Positions 38,216 to 49,932 of a stretch of 64,000 nt of DNA are shown piece by piece (the first letter of the stretch is position 1; each line of letters starts with the position of its first letter). The stretch is taken from positions 150,102,001-150,166,000 of the forward strand of contig NC_042999.1 in NCBI RefSeq assembly GCF_006345805.1. Direction: 5' to 3'. The notes beneath the pieces are model-generated. The model was not told the DNA's origin, did no database searches, and was given only the letters and a program-made list of their open reading frames with translations. This DNA comes from Octopus sinensis. Lineage: Eukaryota. The position numbers and the translations under genes are program-made.

Positions 38216-38723
38216 ATAGTGATGACGAAGATGATGACGATGACAATAATGAATTATTGCATACAGTATTCAGGTGTATTACTTGTACTGAAAAAAAAAA
38301 GAAAAACAGCATTTAGTTTTGTTTATTAATATTCTTGCTTCAAATCCTCATAGGAAATGCTAGATGCTTTTTCATCTTCCCTGGGCCAAAAAAAACCCAA
38401 ACAAATACCAGTCATGTTACGGCTTCATTCACCAACAATTTAGTCACCTATACATGCATGTGAGATAGCAATATGAGGCATCAAGTACTGTATGCTAATG
38501 TATGTGTGTGTAGTGTGCGTAATGTATGTGTGTATGCAAATGTAACTCAATGAAAGCAGCAGAATGAAGGAACAAAAATATATTTAGTGACATCACAGTA
38601 GTTTGTGGTGACATCAATATAATTTGTAGTGATATCGTTGAAGTGTGTGCTGACATCATAAGCTGATATAATCAGAGGAAGCTTTAATCTTCTTAAGCTA
38701 CACACTTCTAACAACCAAAATGT

Positions 38724-39121
38724 TTGTACACACACACACACACACACACCCAGATATGCATATATGTATGTATGTATATTTATATATATGTGTGTATGTG
38801 CATGCATACATACATTTATTCAAACATACATGCATACACACATGCAGTCATACATGTATACATACATACATACATACATACATATGTACATACATACATT
38901 CATAGAATTTTGGCATACGTAATACTACTTGTAAACATGATTTTGTACACACACACACGTTCATACACACACTCAGATACATATGCATATATATATATAT
39001 TTATGTATGTCTGTATATTTATATATATGTATGTGCATGCATACATACATTTATTCAAACATACATGCATACACACATCCATGCATACATGCATACATGC
39101 ATACATACATACATACATACA

Positions 39122-39152
<31 letters not shown>

Positions 39153-39260
39153 GTACATACATATATACATTCATAGAATTTTGGCATACTTAATACTACT
39201 TGTAAACATGATTTTGTACACACACACACACTTACACACCGACACACACACACACACACA
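38724..39260. repeat. Tandem duplication (~220-270 bp) of a CA/TACA-rich unit
   Basis: cattcatagaattttggcatac-taatactacttgtaaacatgattttgtacacac occurs at about 38897 and about 39168. Confidence 0.9.
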
Positions 39261-39514
39261 GACATTTATACACTCCACTCCAAGCTTCCTCGTTGTTTGA
39301 CAAAGAGGATTCTGTTGTTTCACCAACAGAGTTTTCTGTTCAATAAATAAGCACAGTGTACAAGTGACTGAGTATTCCACAGACACGTGTATCCTTAATG
39401 TGATTTTCACACAGAACCGCCATGACGCTTAGTGAGTGGCAAGGCTGTACCTTTTGAATTACAGGTGCAAACAATTTGGCAAGAGTCAATGCAATTTTTG
39501 TTTGTAGATACATA

Positions 39515-40132
39515 GGCACAGGTGTGGCTGTGCGGTAAGAAGCTTGCTTCCCCAGTTGCATTGCTCTGGGTTCAGTCCCACTGTGTGACACCTTAAGCAA
39601 GTGTCTTCTACTATAACTTCAGGCTAACCAAAGCCTTGAGTGGATTTGGTAGATGGAAACTGAAAGAAGCCTGTCATGTGTATGTGCATGTGTGTGTGTG
39701 TGTGTGCATGTGCATGTGTGTATCTTTGTATATGACTTCTCCCCCTCCCACCACCACCACTTGACAACTGGTGTTGGTTTGTTTACATCAGGGGTATCCA
39801 AAGTGGTTGATATCGACCCCTGGGTGTTGATGGGACTATTCAAGGGGGCAATAAATGCACATCTACTTAATTATTATTATAATTTATATATTTTCTTGTA
39901 CATACCTGGAGGGGGGAAGGACGAGGAGTCAAGGATTCCATGAAGGGGTCGATGGTCTAAAAGGTTTGGAGACCCCTTATTTAAATCCCTGAGGCTTAGC
40001 AGTTCAGCAAAAGAGATCAAGAGAATAAATACCAAACTTAAAAATACAGGTTCCGAGGTCAATTTATTCAACTAAAATTCCTCAAGGCAGTGCCCCAGCA
40101 TGGCCACAATCTAATGAATGAAACTAGTAAAA
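39515..40132 (+). mobile_element. SINE family A carrying a nested hAT MITE
   Basis: Head at 39515. Body resumes (ccctgaggcttagcagttcagc) after the insertion. Confidence 0.85.
39789..39978. mobile_element. hAT (Charlie-type) MITE nested in a SINE
   Basis: TIRs CAGGGGTATCCAAA / TTTGGAGACCCCTT. Flanks GTTTACAT / ATTTAAAT (6/8). Confidence 0.75.
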
Positions 40133-41934
40133 GAAAAAAGGAGAAAAGATAAACACAATTTCACTCGTTAAGTATGGGCAGCTCCGAGGCTAAAGGAAAC
40201 GAACTTCTTAGCCATGCTCCCATGCCTGCATCTATTCTTTTATTCTTTTACTTGTTTCAGTCATTTGACTGCGACTATGCTGGAGCACTGCCATTAGTCG
40301 AACAAATCAATCCCAGGACTTATTCTTTGTAAGCTTAGTATTTGTTCTATTGGTCGCTTGTGCCGAACCACTAAGTTACAGGGATGTAAACACACCAATG
40401 TCAGTTGTCAAGCGAGGGTGGGGGGACAAACACAGACACAAAAATACACACACACACACACATACACACACACACACACACACCCATACACACACCCACA
40501 CACACATATCACACATATATATAAGATAAAAGTTACTTGGAAGAGGATGCATGGTATTCAATCATATAATAATATAAATAATATATATATACAATTTGCT
40601 TTGCGGGAGCAACTGTTTTATCAAAAGCATGTATTGTTGTTAAATGCTCGAAATACAAGAGTAGAAAAACAGCCAACAACTGATGAAGGGTCGTTCTTTA
40701 TGTTGTTTGTCTTGTTTTCCATTTATGTCTTTTGTTGTTCGAAAAAATAGTTCATATTCTATGTACTTGTACTTCATGTTGGACATAGGACATACATCAT
40801 TTCTCTCTCGTTCCCTCTCTCTCTCTTCCTCTTTCTCTCTCCTCCTCTCTCCCTCTGTCTAAGAATCTAGCTTGCTATCTATCTATCTATCTATCTATCT
40901 TTCTGACTATGTATCTATTAATCCATCCACCCATATGTCCCTTCATTCGTCCGTCTGTCCATCCGTCCATCCATCCATCCATCCATCTGTCCATCCATCC
41001 ATCTGTCCATCCATTCATCTGTCCATCCAACCATCCATCCATCCATTCATCCACCTACTTACCTACCTACCCACCTACCAATAAAACTATGAAGGTTACT
41101 CTGATTACTATGCATAAAATGCAAAATATTTTATCTTTTTGTAGATTAGATAGGCATAATTTGCCCCTGCTTTTCAATCTCAGTATTTAAGCTACACTTA
41201 GTACTGCTGTAGTACACATGCTGCATACATTCCTACAACAGCATTTTCTTTATACGATATGAAGGAAGAAGTAAATCTGCCTCCAATTTAGTCGTGTGCC
41301 TGTGCTTCGCTTATTTTTTTGTGTTTTACTATACTACATAAATATGACCAACTGTCAAACATGAGTAATTTATGACGGCACGTGCCTGGTATATATGTAT
41401 ATATGAATGTATGTATGTGCATTTGTGTGTGTGTGGGTGTTTGTGTCACTTTGTCTCGACATTGTACAACAATTTTAAGTGGGTATTATTGTCATATAAG
41501 CAGTGTCTGGCAATAGGAAAATATTACATTACTTGGAAACATGTGCATGTTGGTGACAGGAAGTGGATCTGACTGCAGAAAAATTTGCTTCAACAAATTC
41601 TGACTGATCTATGTGAATGTTAAAACGATGATGATGATGATGATGATGATGATGATAATGATATGTGTGTGTGTACATGGATGTCAGTTCTCCATGTCAT
41701 TTTTAGTACCGTCTGAGTGAAAGACAATGGCATTACTTACATCTTTGGGTGAAGAAATATTCCATAGTTCAGTAGACATTTGAAGACTGGTGGAATGGAA
41801 AATACTTTGCTTGAAAAACATAATAAAGGACAGTGTGACCATCCAACCATAAAGAATTCAAGCTCAATAAGTTTTGTCTAATCCATGCCAGGATGGGAAT
41901 ATAAATGCCAATACCACGCATGTACAAAAGGCAA

Positions 41935-42125
41935 TGAGCTGGCAGAATCATTAACAGGTTGGGCAAAATATTTGGCAGCATTTTGTCTGTCTTTACATTC
42001 TGTGTTCAAATGCTGACAAGATTAACTTTGCCTTTCATCCTTCCAGAGTTGATAAAATAAGTACCAGTTGATCTCTTATCTCCTCTACAGAACTTGCTGG
42101 CCTTGTGCTAAAATTTGAAACCGAT
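41935..42125 (+). mobile_element. SINE family B
   Basis: gagctggcagaatcattaac...gttcaaatgct...aaatttgaaacc. Confidence 0.8.
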
Positions 42126-42221
42126 ATTATGCATATAAAAGACAACAGAGTTGTGTTGTGTTCGTTGATACATTTGTAAAGTTCTCATTAGTTAAGGCTG
42201 GATCTATACTCAAAGGTGATG

Positions 42222-42540
42222 TTTGCAGAGAGCCACTGCTCATGAAATTCTGATTGTTGTGAAGCATTTTTATAGGTTCTGACAATTCACCATATAGAGA
42301 TTTTGGAAGTTTTCCAAAAGGGGAATTTTTGCTGGTTTTTGCAGAGAGCCACTGCTTATGAACTTCTGTTTGTTGTGAAGGTACATAGTTCAATGCTGTC
42401 CCCTTGAAGAGCAATTACTCCGAGAGATTGGTGGGACCAGCAAAAATTGATATTTTAAAATTTATTTTTATATATTCTGACAACTCAGCATATTGAGATT
42501 TTAGAAGTTTTTCAAAAGGGGAATCTATGCTGGTTGTAGC
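42222..42540. repeat. ~117-bp tandem repeat (about 2.5 diverged copies)
   Basis: ttgcagagagccactgct-atgaa at about 42222 and 42339. ttctgacaa-tca-cata..gagatttt-gaagtttt-caaaagggg at about 42277 and 42476. Confidence 0.75.
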
Positions 42541-44699
42541 TATTGGTTAATAATTTTGGTCTCTGATTAAGAAATGTTGCAGGTAGGTTGCTTCAGAATC
42601 TGGAATGTTTTAGTTAAACAGAGTTTACTGTTCATATCCCATTCAAATATTGCTAGGCTCTACCAATGATATTCTATGTTCTTGGAAGGTATGTTGAGTT
42701 CAAAATGAATTGTGTCAGAGGTGTAGAATGTTTCCTGTTCTTTTGATAGGAATGAGTAGAGGGGTTGAAGGAAGTAATCTTTGAAAGAGTTTGCAGTTAA
42801 ATCTGTATAATTCATTTTTAACAAACTGCCAAGTTGTAGGGCTGCAAACAAACCACCACCAGTTGTCAAGTGATGGAGGGGATAAACACAAAGACACAGG
42901 AAAAACACAGGCATGTGTAAACATACACACACAATGTGTGTGTGTACACAATAGGCTTCCATGCAACTTCATCAACCAAATTCTCTCACAAGGCAACTGG
43001 TTAACCCAAGGCTTCAGTAGTAGACACTTGGGATTGAGCCTGAAACCATATGGTTCAAAGCAAACATCTTAACTTCACAGCCTTGCCTGTGCCTAATACA
43101 GATACACATATACACACACATATACACACATTCAATTATTCAGAAACATTCTTTGAGACCAGCTTTGTAGTTTATTCTGCTTCTGACTGAATCAGGTTTT
43201 TCACCCTTTCATAACAGCAGCTGCTACTCTATTTGAACAGCGTCTTTTGATAACAAGGGTTACCATACATATATTATTCTCTTTCTATTATTGTCCAGGC
43301 CAGTTAGTTGCAAAGCAAACATATTTTCTCTCTTTTATTTTTGCTCGAATTAAATAGAAGAGAAATTAACCAGTTCTCTTTTGGGAGATGCGGATAATGA
43401 GAGTTAATACAATGGAAATAATGGTTATTCAATAAGTTCTTAAATACCTCCTGCTTCCCGAAATATAGATACACTTCAATCAGTAATTCTCTAATATTGG
43501 AATGATTAGCACATAAATATTTGAAGGAGCACAATTATTTTTAGGTTGGATAAAAAGTTACAAAAGTCATTGTTTATATTCCTTGTTCTGTAATGTCAAA
43601 CTGTTCATTGATTGATCTATTTATATTTTTTTGTAGGTACCTTTTTTGTGTGTTGTTTGGTTTGTTTTCACCCATAGCTGTAATGAGGACCTAACCAGCT
43701 ATTCTGTGGGTGTTAGAGATTCATAGTTGACATTCTGTATAAAATTTTCAATCATTGCCACAGAAGTAGCGATTAAAAAGAAGTGAAGATGAAATGTCAG
43801 TTACTGAAAGTAAATATCACTTTTATTCAAGATGTCGACTATTCTAGAAATATCTCGAGGAGACAACAAGAGAACAGAAAATAGATTGGTTAATATTTGC
43901 AAGCTTCTCAATGAGAAATTGAGGTAGAATTACTTGGTAGTTGTTGAAATAGAGAAAATGTTTCCTTCCTTTTTATTCTGGGTTCTTATTCTGAGAAAGA
44001 TAGTTGAATCAGTCTGTCGTTTTGGAAGTTTTGAGGTTTGAATTCATCAAGGTCAACTTTATATTTTATCCGGAATCAATAAAATAAGTCTTCTTTTATC
44101 TTGTATATATCAAGCAACTGCAACTGAGAGGCATTTCACCATGTTGTACCAGGAATCTCTATTCCCTATTAGCTTTAGTAGATTCACAGTTTCCTGTGCA
44201 CCTCTTCAAATGTATGACATCTGTGCTTGTTTCTCTATCATACTTTCACCTTCACCACCTATCATTAAATCACCTCTCCTCCTCCTCTCAAACATACTCC
44301 CACTCAGTCACAAGGAACTCTTCTTTTTCCTTCCTTTACTTTGACTTGTAACTTACTCGATGACCTCACAAGTTCTGGTGGCACAGAAAAAAAAAAACAC
44401 CCAGTGGATGGTGTTAGGAAGAGCATCCAGCCAGAGAAGCCATGCCAAAGCAAGGGCCTGATGCAGCTCTGAAGCTTGTCAGACCCTATCAAACAGCTCA
44501 ACCCATGTAAGCATGGAAAACTGATGTTAAATGATTATGATGATGTATCTCTAGAAATAATATCAGTGCAGATGCGTGGTCTTCATCCTGTATTAGGGTG
44601 TAGAAAGAAGTCTCCTCAAAATATAACAATTCAATATGGCTTGGCATCCAGCCCAATAGCAATATCCATGTTAAACTGGATATAAAGATTGTCTCTTGG

Positions 44700-45610
44700 T
44701 ATTAATACTGCTTCCGACAGTAATAATTACTTTTTAATAAACCTGTTGGCTATTGGCGATTAGTGCCTGAAAAGCTACTGGAATTCTAAATATCATTGGC
44801 TGTGAGACTTGGCTGGTATGCAGTTAGCTGATATCAGTAATTGAAGAGATGGAGTATGTCAAAATCCTGATCTAGCAGTTCTGGCACCAGTAACAGATGA
44901 TTCTTGTATGCCAACAATATCAATACATGTGCTTTTATGCACCACACACCCATATCCAATTCCTGAATTTTGTACATAATTCTATGTACTGTACCTGCAC
45001 CTTTGATGAATTGTAGTGCACCTGAGCACTGTACACAATTATTTCATTATTATTGAGTGAGAGAGCAGTGCATGCCATCAAAGTGACACTGGGGTAAAAT
45101 ATACAAAGCCCAGTATACTCATCATGACTACCTGTCTGATAAGGATACACCAGGCACATGCATCACAACCATATGTGCATGGCATGGTGATCTCATATCA
45201 AGATTAACAATGCATGATCTTGCAGGTAGGGCCGAGTTAGAATTTTCTTCAGGTCAAGTAGCCCATCATGCTCAAAAGGTCCCTGAATAAGGGTTGTTTA
45301 AGGATGTTGAATAAAACACCCATGTTTCCAAGGGTGAAATTATCTAAACCCCGAAGAATTTCTCTCAACACATGGCTATGATGCTCTCCCACTACTTCTA
45401 CTCATGCTCAGAGATGCACATATCGTCAGCCACTAAGGGACATGCTCAACTGGTTTAGATCAAGCAACTGACAAACAAATCTGTGGTATTGAGCAGAATA
45501 TTTGCTGTAGCCCATCTTTTATACCAAGACAAAACAATGTACATGATAACACTTCCAATCAGTTAAGATCAGAAGCCGCGAGAGCCACTGCCTGGTACTG
45601 CATTAGGGCA

Positions 45611-45648
<38 letters not shown>

Positions 45649-46125
45649 CAAAACTATTAAATGCTAATTTAATTAGGAGTAGCGTTATTTTGGGGTTTTG
45701 TGACAAGTTCTCTTCAAATCTGAAGAATCTTTCTTACAATTCTTGCAAAATACAGAATTTCACTTTTCTGCAAGTCAACAGCACAAGTCACAATTCCAAT
45801 AGGCAATCTTTATATCCAACTTAATATGGATGTTTTGTTAAATTGCCTAACACTGTGGTATTCACCTTAAGAGGACCCTTAATATGGATACGTGGTGCAT
45901 AAAATTACACGTATTCATACTATTGGCGAATGAGAATCATCTGCCTGATCACATGACTTCAATGTACTGTGTCTCTTTAGTGACAGATGTCCACTCACCA
46001 CACATACCAGCCAAATCTCACTGCCAACAGTATATAGAATAACAGTGACTTTTCAGTCATTGATGTTGCAAATAGCCAGCAGGCTTATTAAAAAATGATT
46101 ATTTGTGACATATGCAGTATTAATA
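44700..46125. mobile_element. Fold-back element with ~250-bp imperfect terminal inverted repeats
   Basis: 44701-44955 aligns by eye (roughly 70%) with the reverse complement of 45885-46124. Termini TATTAATACTGC / GCAGTATTAATA. Confidence 0.6.
45047..45614 (-). mobile_element. Non-coding element (family D) flanked by (TAA)n on both sides
   Basis: Reverse complement aacatgccctaatgcagtaccaggcagtggctc...ctgctctctcactc-aataataat. Second copy at 46161-46641. Confidence 0.8.
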
Positions 46126-46160
46126 TCAAAAAGCTATATTTATAATAATAATAATGATAG

Positions 46161-46641
46161 ATGCAGTACCAGGCAGTGACTCTCATGGCTTCTGATCTTA
46201 AATGATTGGAAGTGTTATCATGTACATTGTTTTGTCTTGGTATAAAAGATGGGCTACAGCAAATATTCTGCTCAATACCACAGATTTGTTTGTCAGTTGT
46301 TTGACCATAACCAGTTGAGCATGTCCCTTAGTGGCTGACAATACGTGCACCTCTGATCATGAGCAGAAGTAGTGTGGGAGCATCATAGCCATGTGTTGAG
46401 AGGAATTCTTTGGGCTTTGAATAATTCGCCTCAGGAAACATGGGTGTTTCGTTCAACATTCTTAAACAACCCTTATTCAGGGACCTTTTGAGTAGGATGG
46501 GCTACTCGACCAGAAAAAAATTCTAACTGGGCCGCACCTGCAAGGTCATGTGCTGTTTATCTTGATATGAGATTACCATGTCGCGCACATATGGTTGTGA
46601 TGCTTATGCCTAGTGTACCCTTATCAGACGTGTAGTTATGT
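46161..46641 (+). mobile_element. Family D element, 3'-truncated, preceded by (TAA)n
   Basis: atgcagtaccaggcagtgactctcatggcttctgatc... colinear with the reverse complement of 45110-45603. Confidence 0.85.
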
Positions 46642-46895
46642 TAAGAATATAACAGAAGATATATAATAGAAAGTAGAAAAATAAATAATAAATAAATGAA
46701 TAGAATCTCCAATAGCAAGGCAGTCCAATTAGGGTAATCCGAGGTAAACCCCAAACAAAAATCCCAGATTACTCTGCCATCTCCAAGAAAAAGTGCCCTC
46801 TTTTCTCCTGCTTAGAAAAACATATTCAGAATGATAAATAGTAATAATTTTCCAAAGGAAGCAAGACTGATGGAAAAGAAAAAAGTGCATGAACA

Positions 46896-47092
46896 GGCGT
46901 AGGAGTGGCTGTGTGGTAAGTAGCTTGCTTACAAACCACATGGTTCCGGGTTCAGTCCCACTGTGTGGCACCTTGGGCAGGTGTCTTCTACTATAGCCTC
47001 GGGCTGACCAAAGCCTAGTGAGTGGATTTGGTAGATGGAAACTGAAAGAAGCCCATCGTATCATCATCATCATCATCATCGTTTAACTGGTA

Positions 47093-47144
<52 letters not shown>

Positions 47145-47385
47145 CACATGTATGTGTATGTATATGTTTGTGTGTCTGTGTTTGTCCCCCCAACATCGCT
47201 TGACAACCAATGCTGGTGTGCTTACATCCCTGTAACTTAATAGTTTGGCAAAAGAGACTGATAAAATAAGTACTAGGCTTACAAAGAATAAGTCCTGGGG
47301 CCGATTTGCTCGACTAAAGGTGGTTCTCCAGCATGGCCACAGTCAAATGACTGAAACAAGTAAAAGAGTAAAAGAGAGTAAGAGA
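46896..47385 (+). mobile_element. SINE family A, full length, with internal (CAT)n/(TA)n expansion
   Basis: ggcgtaggagtggctgtgtggtaag... to gtaaaagagtaaaagagag. Confidence 0.9.
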
Positions 47386-47395
47386 GTTTGCAGGT

Positions 47396-48159
47396 AGGTG
47401 GAAGCAAAAACCTCTGCATGGCAAATATGCGGCCCATAAGAAACAAGCTGATGCTAACCAGAAGCATACTCATCAGTGGCTACAAAGCTCCAGGCTAAAG
47501 ACAGAAAGGGAAAGCTTCATCTTAGTTGCTCTGGATCAAAAGCTTATTGATCCAGAACTACCAAGCCAATGTGATGAAAATTAGAGTAGATCCAAAGTGC
47601 TGATTCTGCAACAATGAAATGGAAACAGTGACCACCTAACCTCTGGATGTGAAGTTTTAACACCAGTAAAGTATAAATCATGACATGACAAAATCAAACA
47701 ATATCTATAGTGGTTAATATGTTGGTATTCTAAAATCAAAATTGTTGACAAGTGGTATAAGTATCACCCTGAGGTTGTAATTGAGGGAGAAAATGTTACA
47801 ACTCTTTGGGACTTTCCAGTACATAGAGACAGAAACATGAAAGTGAATAAATTGGATATTGTTGTAAAAAACCAAAATAGTAATGTCTGTTTATTGATTG
47901 ACATGAGTATTCCTTGTGATCATAATATCTTGGCAAAAGAATTTGACAGTTCAGAAAATATAAAGATTTGCTCATTGAAATAAAGAAAAATGTGGCATCT
48001 CAAGGTGGTTACTGCACCAATGATTGTAGGAGCACTAGGAATGATAAAGGAACTGAAAATTATTTGAAGATGTTCCCTGGTTTACTATCTTTACAAGAAG
48101 TGCAAATGATTGTTTTAACTGGTACATCATGCATATTGAAAAAAATATTGTCACTGTGA
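47396..48159 (+). pseudogene. R4/Dong-type (R2 superfamily) non-LTR retrotransposon C-terminus: CCHC knuckle plus restriction-like endonuclease
   Basis: WKQKPLHGKY..THQWL..DPKC*FC..ETV.HL.SGC..KYKS*HD..WLIC..DKWYKYHPEVVIEGENVTTLWDFPVHRDRNMKVNKLDIVV..LLIDMSIP..KYKDLLIEI..IVGALG..LQEVQ..LTGTSCILKK. Stops and frameshifts present. Confidence 0.9.
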
Positions 48160-48184
48160 GAATGGTTACCACCCATATAAATAA

Positions 48185-48660
48185 TTACTTATACATAGTT
48201 GGAATTTACAGAATAACCAAAGATGAAGACACATGTATAAACAACAAACAGGTGTATTAGTTTAACACTCGGGAAGGTGAGAAAGTCATTTACATTTTGA
48301 GCCTACACTCTTCAACAGAAAGGAACACAAGAAAATAAACAGAAAGAGAATAAAAAAAGCTTTAGTGGCTAGCAGTCAATCATGTTGGCTGACTGGACAG
48401 AGGTGGTTAGACAGAAGAGCTAGGAAGAAGGGGAGATATTAAAGTATTGGTGATCCCAAAACGAAGGTGTGCGTGCATGTGTATGTGAGTGTAAGTATGT
48501 ACATGTGGATAGGAGCTGGTGACCTTGATGTGTGGATGTGTGTGTGTGTAAGTGTGTGCGTCATTAATGTGTGGGTGTGTGGATGATGGTGTGGGTGCTG
48601 GGAAGTGGTCAGTGCTAGTGTGTATGGGGTGGTGTAATATGGTGTGGTAAACGGACTGTC
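48185..48660 (-). mobile_element. Possible Penelope-like remnant with a decayed hammerhead-like core
   Basis: Minus 48322-48292 reads ctgTTGAAGAgtgtaggctcAAAAtgta (CUGANGA..GAAA-like, mutated). The family assignment is from recall of PLE pLTRs. Confidence 0.35.
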
Positions 48661-48747
48661 TAGTGTGTTTATTTTAATAGCCTATCAATGTATAGAATCA
48701 GTTTCTTTGCCCTAGGTGTCAGGAAGACATTTGCCAAGAAATGGAAA

Positions 48748-49186
48748 CATATTTCTTTTGAGATGCTCTGTGTTACTTTCAATTAATTTTGAATATAACA
48801 AAGAATTTAGTAAAATAACTTAGTTATCATTCAGCTAGTGTTAGGAACATAAATTGTGACTAAGGTTTGGTGGAAGATTTTAATTCAGAACTTTTGAAAA
48901 CAAGACATTTGTACTTCAGAACCAGAGGCGATCTCTGCTAGGTTGGTATCTCTATTATAGATTTTAACCCTTTTGTTACCATATTTCTGTTGAGATACTC
49001 TGACTTCTTTCAATTAATTTTAAATATAACAAAGAATTTAGTAAAATAACTCAGTTACGCTACTGTTAGGAACATAAATTGTGACTAAGATTTGGTGGAA
49101 GATTTTAATTTAAAGCTTATGAAAACAAGACATTTGTACTACAGAGCCAGATGCAGTTTCAGCCAAGTTGGTATTGAATGGGTTAA
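48748..49186 (+). mobile_element. piggyBac-like MITE: complete copy 48968-49182 with TTAA TSD, preceded by a partial tandem copy
   Basis: TTAA|cccttttgttacc...ggtattgaatggg|TTAA. 48748-48950 repeats its interior. Confidence 0.8.
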
Positions 49187-49605
49187 GGTGGCAAGCAGGC
49201 AGAATTATTAACACATTCTGTCTTAACATTCTGAATTCAAATTCTGCCAGGGTTGAATTTGCCTTTCACCCTTTTTGGTGTCAGTAAAGTAAGTACCATT
49301 TGACCACTGGGGTTGATGTAATTGGTTTACCCCACCCGTAAACATTACTGGCCCTGTGCTAAAATTTGTAACCAGCATTTTCACACTATTATTTATAGTT
49401 TTATTTAAGGTGATGAGCTGGCAAGAATCATTAACATGTTGAGAAAACTGCTTAGTGGCATTTCAGTTGTCTTAACATTCTGAGTTCAAATCCCAGTGAG
49501 GTCAGCTTTGACTTTCATCCATTCGATGTTGATAAAAACAGTACCAGTTACCAACTTCCCTTCCCCTGAAATTACTGGCTTTTTGCCAAAATTTGAAACC
49601 ATTAT
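49187..49605 (+). mobile_element. Two tandem SINE family B copies
   Basis: ggtggcaagcaggcagaat... and ggtgatgagctggcaagaatc..., each ending aaatttg-aacc. Confidence 0.8.
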
Positions 49606-49932
49606 TTATAATCTTATTTGCTTTGAATTAAACCATTCTAAGTAAGAATTTATCCATATCCTTTTACATTTCAAAATTCTTATGACGTCAATAATGGATT
49701 TTAAAATTTTTACTTTCTATTTATCACTATTTACTAGATGATTTAGTGTGACAGAATTTATTTTAGCTTACGAAACATTAGGTTGCAAAACATCTCTTTA
49801 CACTTCACCATTCTAAATAAAATGTCTGTTGTCTACCACAAGATTTCAGTGGTGGATGGAGTTTACAATTGACTTAAATTCTTTAACATACTGTGTGCAC
49901 TAATAAATTGACCAAATTGGCAGAACCTGTAG

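Noticed and set aside
40650-40760. CTGATGA and nearby GAAA as a hammerhead ribozyme
   Set aside because: No consistent stem II or stem I, and the base at position 16.1 would be G rather than U.
43304-43534. 76-aa minus ORF (IRELLIEVYLYFGKQEVFKNLL...)
   Set aside because: No recognisable domain, non-ATG start and no convincing acceptor. Within chance expectation for AT-rich DNA.
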